Positions 27,281 through 36,301 of a stretch of 64,000 bases of DNA are shown piece by piece. Every line of letters begins with the position of its first letter. Within the stretch, counting starts at the first letter, position 1. This stretch comes from Bacteroidota bacterium (lineage in GTDB: Bacteria > Bacteroidota > Bacteroidia > UBA7662): NCBI GenBank assembly GCA_005799065.1, contig SYHW01000068.1, positions 10,272 to 74,271 of the forward strand, given 5' to 3'. Position numbers and translations under genes: made by a program. The notes beneath the pieces were generated by a model that had not been told where the DNA came from, ran no database searches, and saw nothing but the letters and a program-made list of their open reading frames with translations.

Positions 27281-29332
27281 ATGACAACGACAATTCTGCG
27301 TTTTTGCTCAACCCTAATCATTGTCTTATCTGTGTGGAATCCACTTTCATCATTTGCACAGCCATGTGCTCCCGGATCAGATGTTCAGTCTCCTCAGGTA
27401 TTGCTTCAACAAACGAATGTTTACTTGAATGGGAATGGCATAGCGGTGGTGAGCCCTGCAACCGTAATCGATACATTAATCGATAATTGCAGTAATTTCT
27501 CCTACTTACTGTCCAACGCCGCAGTGAGTCAGCAATTTTTCAATTGCACCAACATCGGGGTGAACCAGCTGGCTGTTCAGGTTCGGGATCAGGCCGGTAA
27601 TGTAAATACATCATACACCCAAATAAATGTTATAGATAGCATTATTCCGGAAGTTTTTACCCGCCCCGTTACCCTTGCATTAAATCAGGCTGGATTGGCA
27701 TTTCTTTCGGTGGCTCAGGTCAACAATGGATCACGCGACAACTGTGGTATTGCTTCTATGACTTTGAGTCGTACACATTTTTCTTGTGCCGATTTGGGCA
27801 TGCAACAGATTCAGTTACTGATCACCGATTACTCGGGTAATTCTGCTACAGCGACATCAAACATTACCATCATTGATACTACGCCTCCGCAACTAACTGC
27901 ACGTTCTATTACCATTGAGCTCAATGAATTTGGGGTGGCAACGATTCAGCCTTCCGACATAGACAACGGTTCCTACGACAATTGTTCGCTCACATTATCG
28001 GTTTCCCCTTCAACCTTCTCTTGCGGACAGATTGGATCAAATACAGTTTTTCTGACGGGCAGTGATGGAGTGAATACCCGGTTTATTTCGACCTCCGTTC
28101 AAATAGTCGACAATCGCGCTCCGCGCGTTGTTACGCGAAACGTGCTTGCCTATTTGAATAGCTCAGGAGAGGCATTTATTACGCCCGCTATGGTAGACAG
28201 CGCGTCTATCGATAATTGTGGCATCACCAATCGAAGCTTGAGCACGAATTACTTCAATTGTCAAACTTCAGCGGGCAACAATACTGTTACCCTTTTCGTG
28301 CGTGATGCCGCAGGAAATCTTGGATCAGGAACCGCAACGATCACCTTGCTTGATACTTTCGCGCCTTTTGTTCTGCCTGCCAATATGCCTTCCGATGTGG
28401 TATTGGGCGAATGCCAGGCTACCTATTTCTACGATTTGCCCATCCCGACCGACAATTGTTTAGGAACAACGGTCCGTCTCATCTCAGGGCTGCCTCCTGG
28501 AAGCACTTTCCCAATCGGCGTTCGATCGAATGTTTTTGAAATAAGGGATGTATTTGGCAATACAGATACCGTTCGTTTTAACGTTACGGTGGTTGAATCG
28601 GCACTTCTTGTGCCTTATGTGCCACCCGGGCGGACGTTTTGTGCTTCTGACGCCCCATTTGATCTGACTTCATTGACCGGCATTCCTGGTACGGGTCGTC
28701 CTGGATACAATATTAGTGGTGGAGGCATGCGCAACCCCACTGTTTTTGATCCCGCTCAAGCTCCTTTGGGTAATTTCAATTTGCGCTACGACTACACGGA
28801 CTCATTTGGTTGCGTTACAACGGGCTACATTCCCATGGAGGTGCTTCCCGCCCCTTCAGAGCCCCTTATTGAACGGGTCACCGCCACTTTGCTCAAGGCC
28901 CCATCCGGCTACAGTGCCTACCAATGGTACCGCTATGGTGGTGCGATTCCCGGAGCCACCTCTTCCACCTATGACGTGGTGCTGACTGGTGTTTATGAAG
29001 TACGGGTGATGAATGGTGCTGGATGTTTCCGCATGAGCCCGCCTTATGGATTTGGGGTAGGAGTTGGGGTCGATGAACTCAACCCAGGCGCATTGAATAT
29101 TTATCCCAATCCGTCAGGTGGGGTGTTCCAGCTAGATTACACAGGCCGTGATCAGGAATCTGCTGAAATTCAGGTTTTTGACATGAGTGGTCGTAGAATG
29201 AATGTCACACAAATGGCTCCTGGTACGGCTGTGATGGATTTGTCGCACCTTGCACCCGGCCGCTACCTGGTGCACCTGAGGGCCAGCGACAAGAGCTCGT
29301 TTCAATCAATCGTTATCAACTCCAACCGCTGA
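27281..29332 (+). CDS. repetitive HYR/Ig-like adhesin-type protein with T9SS C-terminal sorting domain
   Basis: Signal peptide. About 75-aa repeats each carrying a D/N-NC motif (DNCSN, DNCGIAS, DNCSL, DNCGIT, DNCLG). C-terminus LNIYPNPSGGVFQLDY...LAPGRYLVHLR. Confidence 0.8.
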   Translation: MTTTILRFCSTLIIVLSVWNPLSSFAQPCAPGSDVQSPQVLLQQTNVYLNGNGIAVVSPATVIDTLIDNCSNFSYLLSNAAVSQQFFNCTNIGVNQLAVQVRDQAGNVNTSYTQINVIDSIIPEVFTRPVTLALNQAGLAFLSVAQVNNGSRDNCGIASMTLSRTHFSCADLGMQQIQLLITDYSGNSATATSNITIIDTTPPQLTARSITIELNEFGVATIQPSDIDNGSYDNCSLTLSVSPSTFSCGQIGSNTVFLTGSDGVNTRFISTSVQIVDNRAPRVVTRNVLAYLNSSGEAFITPAMVDSASIDNCGITNRSLSTNYFNCQTSAGNNTVTLFVRDAAGNLGSGTATITLLDTFAPFVLPANMPSDVVLGECQATYFYDLPIPTDNCLGTTVRLISGLPPGSTFPIGVRSNVFEIRDVFGNTDTVRFNVTVVESALLVPYVPPGRTFCASDAPFDLTSLTGIPGTGRPGYNISGGGMRNPTVFDPAQAPLGNFNLRYDYTDSFGCVTTGYIPMEVLPAPSEPLIERVTATLLKAPSGYSAYQWYRYGGAIPGATSSTYDVVLTGVYEVRVMNGAGCFRMSPPYGFGVGVGVDELNPGALNIYPNPSGGVFQLDYTGRDQESAEIQVFDMSGRRMNVTQMAPGTAVMDLSHLAPGRYLVHLRASDKSSFQSIVINSNR

Positions 29333-29337
29333 TCATT

Positions 29338-30759
29338 ATGCTTCGGAACTTATCTATTTCTTTTGCAACCATCGTATTGGTTGTTTTATTAGGCTCTTTC
29401 TCAGCTTCGGCCCAGTGGTTTAAAACCCTTACCGATTCGAACCGTCTGAGTCTTGGGCTCTATGGAACCCACTACCGTGACCTTTTGAATACCCGATTGG
29501 ATCGTCAGGAATTTGGCTATGAAGGCGCCGATATGGCTGCTCTGAAGGGAAACAACACACGATTTGACATGGGTTTCGGGGTCGATGTCCTGTATTTCAT
29601 AAGTCCCACCTTGAGTCTTGAATACAGCGGGAGCAAGGGTAAAATGACAGGTGCCAATGCGGTGCAATACTATGAATCGGATGTTCGTTTTAATGGCTTA
29701 GCCCTCAATGTAGCCCTAAAAAGATGGATAACGATCAAATCCGATAAATGGACGCCGTACATGCGCTTTGGTTGGGATCGGGCTTCATTTTCTACCACAC
29801 GCTTTTTCGAGCAGGAGCCAGGTGTGCCGAGTTACTTGGGCGAAGAGAAGACACTATCAGATGTGGTGGATCGATTATCACTGGGTTTGGGAACCCGCTA
29901 CCACCTCAATAACCATTGGCATCTGTTCGGATCACTTCAATTTGCTTCAATGGCCTCAGATGGGTGGGATGGGTACAATTACGCCTATGGCAGCATGAGG
30001 GGTCGTGATGATATGCTTCAAGGGCAAGTGGGTTTACGCTTTACCCCAGGTAAAACGACCCATATGGATCGTAAGCCTCATGCCCGGTCTGGGGGTGCAG
30101 TACGTGATGCCTTGATGGACAGCGTGGTGAAGGCCAACACCAACGGACTTAAGCGCCTGCGTGAACATGTCGATTCACTCGGTAGCACAACCAGCCGCTT
30201 ATTGGGGATTAAACAGGATTCAATTAATCGTTTGAAAGATGACCTTCGTAGGGTAGAGGCAGATCTTCGCCAAAAGGATGCATTGCTGGCCGAGGTGGAA
30301 CGGCAAAAACAAGAGGAGAAAAGTGCCGCTCAATTAGTTCGTAATGACTTAACCAAAGCGCTTGAGGCCTATGCCAAATTGGGTATTGTGGTTAAGGAAT
30401 TAGAAGGAAAGGTAAATATTGTATTGCCAAGTGAATTGTTATTCACTACCGGGAGTTCTGTGGTTAACGCTAAGGGGAAGGCAGCGCTGCTCGCAATGGT
30501 TCCCATATTTAAGGAAAAGACGGATATGGGTATTATGGTTGAAGGGCATACTGATAACAAAGGAAAACCAGCATCGAATTGGAAACTCAGCGTCGATCGC
30601 GCGAATTCTGTAGTTCAAATCCTAACCTCGACAGGTCAAGTCAAGCCAGAGCGCCTAATTGCGGCTGGTAGAGGCCAATATAGATCCGTAAATACGGGTT
30701 CAGCACCATCAGATTTGGCTCAAAACCGCAGGGTGGAGATCATCCTAACCCCTCAATAG
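29338..30759 (+). CDS. OmpA-family protein (N-terminal barrel-like domain, coiled coil, OmpA C-terminal domain)
   Basis: Signal peptide, a central heptad-rich segment, and a C-terminal GHTDN...LSVDRA...NRRVEIIL peptidoglycan-binding motif. Confidence 0.85.
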   Translation: MLRNLSISFATIVLVVLLGSFSASAQWFKTLTDSNRLSLGLYGTHYRDLLNTRLDRQEFGYEGADMAALKGNNTRFDMGFGVDVLYFISPTLSLEYSGSKGKMTGANAVQYYESDVRFNGLALNVALKRWITIKSDKWTPYMRFGWDRASFSTTRFFEQEPGVPSYLGEEKTLSDVVDRLSLGLGTRYHLNNHWHLFGSLQFASMASDGWDGYNYAYGSMRGRDDMLQGQVGLRFTPGKTTHMDRKPHARSGGAVRDALMDSVVKANTNGLKRLREHVDSLGSTTSRLLGIKQDSINRLKDDLRRVEADLRQKDALLAEVERQKQEEKSAAQLVRNDLTKALEAYAKLGIVVKELEGKVNIVLPSELLFTTGSSVVNAKGKAALLAMVPIFKEKTDMGIMVEGHTDNKGKPASNWKLSVDRANSVVQILTSTGQVKPERLIAAGRGQYRSVNTGSAPSDLAQNRRVEIILTPQ

Positions 30760-31225
30760 GTCGGGCCTCGAATTGATGAGCGGCTTCGCAATAGGCCATG
30801 GGAATGATGGCCGACTTTTGTGTCCGATAATCGAATCCAACCAGTGTAGATCGAGCTATGGCGTAAATTTTGGCGGTCATTGTCGATAAATCCGCAACCG
30901 CATACTCCATATCGAAGCTTTTTGATCCCCATCTAGTTACCCTGGCCAGCACCTCCACGTTTTGTGGATGAGTCAGGGGTAGTAGGTAGTCGATTTCGGT
31001 TCGGGCAAGGATCATGCCGACTTGCTCCCATTCCCATTTCATCACATCTCTTGCATAAAGGATCCGAATTTGCTCAAAATAGGATAAGTAAATGGCGTTA
31101 TTGGTGTGACCCATGCTGTCCAGGTCGGCCCACCTAAAGGGGACCGGTTTTCTGAAACGGAAGTTATGAACATCAAATGCATTAAAAAGGCGACTGCTCG
31201 ACATCGGCATCAAATTGAAGGTCAA
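30740..31225 (-). CDS. acyl-CoA thioesterase (4HBT/YbgC-like hotdog fold)
   Basis: RWADLDSMGHTNNAIYLSYFE pattern. Its 3' end overlaps the convergent ompA-family gene by 20 nt. Confidence 0.8.
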   Translation of the reverse strand: MTFNLMPMSSSRLFNAFDVHNFRFRKPVPFRWADLDSMGHTNNAIYLSYFEQIRILYARDVMKWEWEQVGMILARTEIDYLLPLTHPQNVEVLARVTRWGSKSFDMEYAVADLSTMTAKIYAIARSTLVGFDYRTQKSAIIPMAYCEAAHQFEARPIEGLG

Positions 31226-31270
31226 AAATAGGCGTAGATAGGCAGTGAATATTCATGTTATTTTTGCAGC

Positions 31271-31630
31271 ATGAAATTATCGAAGAGACAGCTGCGTGTT
31301 GGGAGTCTTGTTCAGCAAGAATTGGCTGAAGTTTTGTTAAGGGAAATGGATTGGGCCCATTCAGGCACGTTGCTCACGGTTACCCAGGTCAGGGTAAGCC
31401 CGGACTTGGCGATTGCCCGCTGCTCGGTCAGTCTTTTCGGCGGCAAGACCGACGATTTATTTGCCCGGATTGAGTCATCTACGCCCGAAATTAGAATGCG
31501 TTTGGGGCGTCGTATGGGTAAAAATATGAGAATTATACCGCAATTAATTTGGCAGCGTGATGATTCGCTTGATGCCTCTGACCGCATAGACGCCCTGCTG
31601 CAGTCTGTGCGCACTTCCCATGAACCCTAA
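31271..31630 (+). CDS. rbfA: ribosome-binding factor A
   Basis: 119 aa. RVGSLVQQELAEVLL ... LTVTQVRVSPDLAIARC pattern. Confidence 0.9.
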   Translation: MKLSKRQLRVGSLVQQELAEVLLREMDWAHSGTLLTVTQVRVSPDLAIARCSVSLFGGKTDDLFARIESSTPEIRMRLGRRMGKNMRIIPQLIWQRDDSLDASDRIDALLQSVRTSHEP

Positions 31631-31641
31631 AGCAGCATTGC

Positions 31642-32463
31642 ATGCACCACAAAGCGTTACGAATGCGTTTGGCCAACGTTTTTCATGACCAGCCAACCTT
31701 GCGGACACTCTTCTATGTGCTCACCGACGGCTTAGTTGTGACTTTCTGGCATATGCGCCGTTCAATTCACACTTTCGCTTGGCGTCGCAAAGGATCTGCG
31801 CACGTATTGGATGCCGGCACCGGAATGGGTCAATATGTGCATTACCTTTCGCTCCGTCATCCCGATTGGAATATTTATGCAGTAGACCGCAACCCCGATG
31901 AAATTTCAGCATGCAATGAGTACTTTCATAGAAAACACTATGAAAGGGTACTTTTTAGAACAGAAAATGTGCTGGAGATTCATCGAAATGAGGTCTACGA
32001 CCTGATACTGGCCGTCAATGTCATTGAGTATATCGAGGAAGATGTTCAAGCCATATCCAATCTTTATTCCGCACTCAAGCCGGGCGGTCAACTGTTGCTT
32101 TCGGTACGATCCGATAAGAATTTCCCCTTACAGCCCAATCTCTCCAATAAGCTCACTTCAAACCAGGAGGTTGTTCACCGCTACAATAACTTCGACCTCA
32201 AGAAATTGCTTAGAGACGGAGGCTTTAAACACTATAAGGCTCATTACTCATATGGAATTTCAGGACGACTTTCTACATTTTTAGGCATTTCCGTGCCCAA
32301 TAATATGTTGCGTCGACATGAGAATTACCTTTATACACTGCCTTTATATTTTTTATTGATGTATCCCCTCATCATCATATTAAACGCCATTGATGCCTAT
32401 ATTGGTCACTCGGAAGGTGCTGAAGTTGTGGCAGTAGCCACCAAAAGCATGGAAGGCACATGA
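31642..32463 (+). CDS. class I SAM-dependent methyltransferase with C-terminal hydrophobic tail
   Basis: Motif I VLDAGTGMGQY. Post-I and motif III-like LKPGGQLLLSV. Confidence 0.8.
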   Translation: MHHKALRMRLANVFHDQPTLRTLFYVLTDGLVVTFWHMRRSIHTFAWRRKGSAHVLDAGTGMGQYVHYLSLRHPDWNIYAVDRNPDEISACNEYFHRKHYERVLFRTENVLEIHRNEVYDLILAVNVIEYIEEDVQAISNLYSALKPGGQLLLSVRSDKNFPLQPNLSNKLTSNQEVVHRYNNFDLKKLLRDGGFKHYKAHYSYGISGRLSTFLGISVPNNMLRRHENYLYTLPLYFLLMYPLIIILNAIDAYIGHSEGAEVVAVATKSMEGT

Positions 32464-33680
32464 AGTTCGCCCTGCTGTTGGCCCGTAGATATCTGTTTGC
32501 AGGCCGAAAAACGCACTTCGTTAACTTGATCACAGGCGTATCGTTTTTGGGGGTATTCGTAGGAACAGCGGCCTTGGTTGTCGTTTTGAGTGTCTACAAC
32601 GGATTAGAAGACCTCACACGCAGCCTGTACAGTCATTTTCATCCTGAGTTGTTGATCCGCTCCACAGATGGAAAGTACCTAAACGTCGATTCATTGCGCC
32701 CATTGTGGACCACCGAGCGACGTGTTTTGAAATACTCCTATACAATAGAGGAGAACGCTTTGGTTCGTTGTAAGGATCGGGAAGAAGTCGCCATATTAAA
32801 GGGGGTCGATGAGCACTTCGCTGAGGTAACCGGCGTAGGCCAGCAAATGAGCTATGGCCAATATGGCTTTTTTGATGATTTTGGGATGAGTTATGGGGTA
32901 ATAGGGCAAGAGTTGGGCGCCCAGCTGCAGGTCAAATTGCAGGATGTACATTCCGGAATTGAGGTAATTCTACCCCGTAGGGGCGCACATTTCGACCCCA
33001 TGCTGCCCGAGAAGTCCCTTGCAAGAGGTAATTTGATGGTTGCCGGTTTGTTTAACGTACAACCTGAAATCAACCGCAAATATGTTTTGGTATCAAAAGA
33101 GTGGATGCATGAACTCATCCAACTGCCGAAGGACTGGTCGTCGAGGGTAGAGATTAAACTTCAGCCAGGTGTCAAACCGGAAGCCATCCAAAAGGAATGG
33201 GCTAATCTTCTGGGTCCCAGATACGAAGTAGCAGACCGTATGCGGCAGGAACAGGCCATTTATAAGATTTTTCAGTCGGAGAAGTGGTGGACCTTTGCAC
33301 TATTGCTGTTGATTGTTGGCATAGCTTCATTGAGCCTCATTGGAAGCTTGTCGATGCTGGTTTTGGAAAAACAAAAAGAAATCAAGATTCTGCGACAATT
33401 GGGGGCAGAACGCACGAAGATATCTGCAATATTTCTGATGGCTGGATCTGGGGTATCCGTCTTGGGTGCTGTAGCAGGTGTTGTAGCCGGCGCATCACTG
33501 GCATGGATGCAAATGAAATATGGGTGGCTAAAGTTGGGGGGCGAATCTGCGCAGTTTATCGTTGAAAGCTACCCTGTTCGGGTCGACGCAACCGACTTGG
33601 TCGTTGTGTTTCTGTCGGTAGTGAGCATTGGTCTCGTCAGCAGTCTCTATCCTGCGATTCAAGCAGGAAAAGACGCTTAA
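32460..33680 (+). CDS. LolC/LolE-like FtsX-family ABC transporter permease
   Basis: MKFALLLARRYLF...THFVNLITGVSFLGV N-terminus, a large periplasmic loop and three C-terminal TM helices. ATGA overlap with the upstream gene. Confidence 0.85.
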   Translation: MKFALLLARRYLFAGRKTHFVNLITGVSFLGVFVGTAALVVVLSVYNGLEDLTRSLYSHFHPELLIRSTDGKYLNVDSLRPLWTTERRVLKYSYTIEENALVRCKDREEVAILKGVDEHFAEVTGVGQQMSYGQYGFFDDFGMSYGVIGQELGAQLQVKLQDVHSGIEVILPRRGAHFDPMLPEKSLARGNLMVAGLFNVQPEINRKYVLVSKEWMHELIQLPKDWSSRVEIKLQPGVKPEAIQKEWANLLGPRYEVADRMRQEQAIYKIFQSEKWWTFALLLLIVGIASLSLIGSLSMLVLEKQKEIKILRQLGAERTKISAIFLMAGSGVSVLGAVAGVVAGASLAWMQMKYGWLKLGGESAQFIVESYPVRVDATDLVVVFLSVVSIGLVSSLYPAIQAGKDA

Positions 33681-33681
33681 T

Positions 33682-33838
33682 GACGAGACTTGAATGACGA
33701 GACTTGAATTACGGTGCTAGAATAACTGGCCTAGAATAACTGGCCTAGAATGACGGCGATAGAATTACTGGCGATAGAATGACGGCGATGGAATGACGGC
33801 GATGGAATGACGGCGATGGAATTACAGGCCCCAGAAAT
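33682..33838. repeat. array of about 11 degenerate 14-bp tandem units ending in GAAT, between convergent genes
   Basis: Units: gacgagacttgaat x2, tacggtgctagaat, aactggcctagaat x2, gacggcgatagaat, tactggcgatagaat, gacggcgatggaat x3, then a degenerate last unit. Starts 2 nt after the lolE-like stop. Confidence 0.95.
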
Positions 33839-33869
33839 TCCACATCAATTGGGACAGTCTTGATGTCGA

Positions 33870-34868
33870 TTAGTCGCGTACGCAACGAACTGAATAACCA
33901 GTTTTTTGCTCTCCCGTCCATGCCTGCATACCTGGACCATACGAGTTCACGATCTTAACAGGGCGTGTGGCGTTATTGCTCCACCAATAGGCATTCGATC
34001 CGAAATTGAAAAACTCTCCAGTAGGAGCTCGGTAGCCCGCGGGATATCCTGTGAATTGAATGGCATCAGTGGCACCTGTGTTCGGGGCCTTCCAAATGCC
34101 TGTTCCTGTTGTTTTAAGCGCTCCACCCGCCTCAAACAGACCTCCGTTGTTGTTGATAAGGTCGTTCCAGTCATCCTCGTCGGCAACACGCCAGCCACAT
34201 GGACAAACATTCCTGGGGTCGAGCATAGCAGAACCATTGTACAGCAGGCCCATCATGGGTGCCAGAGCAGGGTCGTTGTTGTAGGCCGATTGGGCAGATG
34301 TATCAGAGGTAGACCATGCACCAGCACTCGATTTTTGGGGGATGGTATCACCATTACAGAACCGAACCGAGCGGAGGTTTTGCGCCATCCAGTCGAGCGT
34401 TCCAATGGTTTTATAGGAATATAGGTTTCCAGAAGCATCCGAAACTGTGTCGGCGTTGTTTGTCCAAGGGGCGGCCGATGTGGTGAATGAAACCTCATTT
34501 CCATAACCAACACCGCCAATGTTTGAGGCGAATGACCTCAGGTAGTAGGTTCTTCCGGGTTCGAGTCCTAACAATGAAACCGAAAATGAGCCGACCCCTC
34601 CGCCAGAACGGGCCACCGACGAGGCTGTAGTAGGCCCCGGATTGGTCGACCAACATACCCCACGATCACCCACGATATCGCCCCCATCTGACGTTACTTC
34701 AGCGCTCACCCGAATGCTAAAGGGAGAGGTGATTTCAGCGCCTCCAGTGGTTAGGGCAGGAGCATCAACGATTTTCAAGTCAACACCCTCCTCGCAAGAG
34801 GACAGCGCAACGCCAGTCAGGACAAGTGCGGCGATGATAAAATGGCGGGTAGTGTAGATGAAACGCAT
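33870..34868 (-). CDS. FISUMP-domain lipoprotein (Fibrobacter succinogenes major paralogous domain)
   Basis: Lipobox ALSSC, Ig/Fn3-like N-domain, then WMAQNL...LYN...CPCGWRVADEDDWNDL...GYSVRCVRD, typical of TIGR02145-type domains. Confidence 0.8.
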   Translation of the reverse strand: MRFIYTTRHFIIAALVLTGVALSSCEEGVDLKIVDAPALTTGGAEITSPFSIRVSAEVTSDGGDIVGDRGVCWSTNPGPTTASSVARSGGGVGSFSVSLLGLEPGRTYYLRSFASNIGGVGYGNEVSFTTSAAPWTNNADTVSDASGNLYSYKTIGTLDWMAQNLRSVRFCNGDTIPQKSSAGAWSTSDTSAQSAYNNDPALAPMMGLLYNGSAMLDPRNVCPCGWRVADEDDWNDLINNNGGLFEAGGALKTTGTGIWKAPNTGATDAIQFTGYPAGYRAPTGEFFNFGSNAYWWSNNATRPVKIVNSYGPGMQAWTGEQKTGYSVRCVRD

Positions 34869-34985
34869 AGATTTTGGGTAGTGTAGAGAGATTCAAAAAT
34901 GAAAGGGACGAAACTAAACAATTTTTTTTGTCGAAGGAAAACAAGTGAGGAAAAAATATCGTTTTTTGATTTGTAAATAACCGCG

Positions 34986-35111
34986 ATGTCTTCCAAAATG
35001 ATGACCTGGCTGAAGAGAATTGGTTGGTGGGGGTTTTTGTTCTTTTTTTTAAAAGGCCTCATTTGGCTGGCCATTTTCTTTGGGCTGTTTGAATGGATAC
35101 AAAATCTATGA
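34986..35111 (+). CDS. unlisted small ORF encoding a 41-aa single-pass membrane peptide
   Basis: ATG at 34986 and TGA at 35109-35111. MSSKMMTWLKRIGWWGFLFFFLKGLIWLAIFFGLFEWIQNL has a basic N-terminus plus one aromatic-rich TM helix. Lies in an otherwise empty 320-nt gap. Confidence 0.35.
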   Translation: MSSKMMTWLKRIGWWGFLFFFLKGLIWLAIFFGLFEWIQNL

Positions 35112-35190
35112 TCGTTCGATGGGATTTATAAACGCTGATTTTCGAGTGGAGGCAAAAACGCCGATCGGAAATGACCCCTGTTCAGGGGCA

Positions 35191-36240
35191 TCAGCAGTTC
35201 TTTGAGCCGGATTTGCTGAAGATCAGGCCATCATCGAGGGTGGCGGCGAATGACCGGTATTGAAAATCCGGTAGAGCCGCGAGCACAGCGCCCCCATCAT
35301 ATTGCGTGTGTGAACAGGCGGCCCTGACGGTTTCGCGGGTGAGCGGAAAACGTTTGCGCAGTAAACGGGAAAGCCATTCCAAGCCCGTAGCCAGGAATAA
35401 AGCTGGAAGATAGGGAAGAGCAAAGCGGGGCTGAGGCGATCCGGTGAGCTCAGCCATGCGCTGAAAAAAAGCCCTATACGATACGTTCGTCGAATTCAAT
35501 ACGAATTTTTTTCCGATTAGGCCCTCGTGATCGAGTCGGTATAACACCTCCGCCACATCACGTACATCAACAAAACCCACAGAACCGGTCGGGTAAATAG
35601 GCATCCCCTGTCGCCCCATCTGGTAGAAACGGTTGCTTCCCCTATGATCAATCTTACCAGGGCCAATGACTATGCTGGGATGCGCCATGGCTACCTCCAA
35701 GCCTTCTTCCTGACCGCGCCAAACCTCCAATTCAGCCAAAAACTTGCTGCGCGCATAGTTGGTGGGATTGTTTTTTTCGTCCCACTCCGCAAACTCATCC
35801 ACCATCCCATCATCGCGTGTTGACCGGCCCAGGGCAGCTACGCTGCTCAAGTGTATGAAGCGCTTCACACCCGTTTCCAAACACGCATCGACCAGGCGAG
35901 CAGTGCCAGAGACATTTGTAGAGTAGAGTGTTTCGCGATCCAAGGCGTGAAAAGAAATCCGAGCCGCGCAATGAAAGACAACGTCTACATCATTAAGGCA
36001 TGCTTCGATCTGCTCATGATCGGCGAGGGAGGCCCCAATCCATTCCACGCTACTGACTTGCTCCGTAGTTAGTTGTCGGTGCTCGTTGTTTCGTTCGGGA
36101 TGCCGAGCCATCACCCGCACAAGGTAGCCCGCCTCCAATAATCGACGGACCAAATGGCTGCCTATAAATCCGGTCCCGCCTGTGACCAATGCACGGCGCT
36201 TAGGCATTTCTTCGGGTAGACATCCTGCTGGGTTTTTCAT
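35191..36240 (-). CDS. NAD-dependent epimerase/dehydratase (extended SDR family)
   Basis: Rossmann motif VTGGTGFIGSHLVRRL and a YARSK catalytic-type motif. Confidence 0.85.
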   Translation of the reverse strand: MKNPAGCLPEEMPKRRALVTGGTGFIGSHLVRRLLEAGYLVRVMARHPERNNEHRQLTTEQVSSVEWIGASLADHEQIEACLNDVDVVFHCAARISFHALDRETLYSTNVSGTARLVDACLETGVKRFIHLSSVAALGRSTRDDGMVDEFAEWDEKNNPTNYARSKFLAELEVWRGQEEGLEVAMAHPSIVIGPGKIDHRGSNRFYQMGRQGMPIYPTGSVGFVDVRDVAEVLYRLDHEGLIGKKFVLNSTNVSYRAFFQRMAELTGSPQPRFALPYLPALFLATGLEWLSRLLRKRFPLTRETVRAACSHTQYDGGAVLAALPDFQYRSFAATLDDGLIFSKSGSKNC

Positions 36241-36301
36241 TAAGGGTAGTCGATGGTCGCCTGTGAATCAAAAAGACCAATCGGCATCAAAAGTAGGGCA
36301 T

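Noticed and set aside
33682-33838. CRISPR array
   Set aside because: The period is only 14-15 bp with no unique spacers between repeats, and there are no cas genes in the window.
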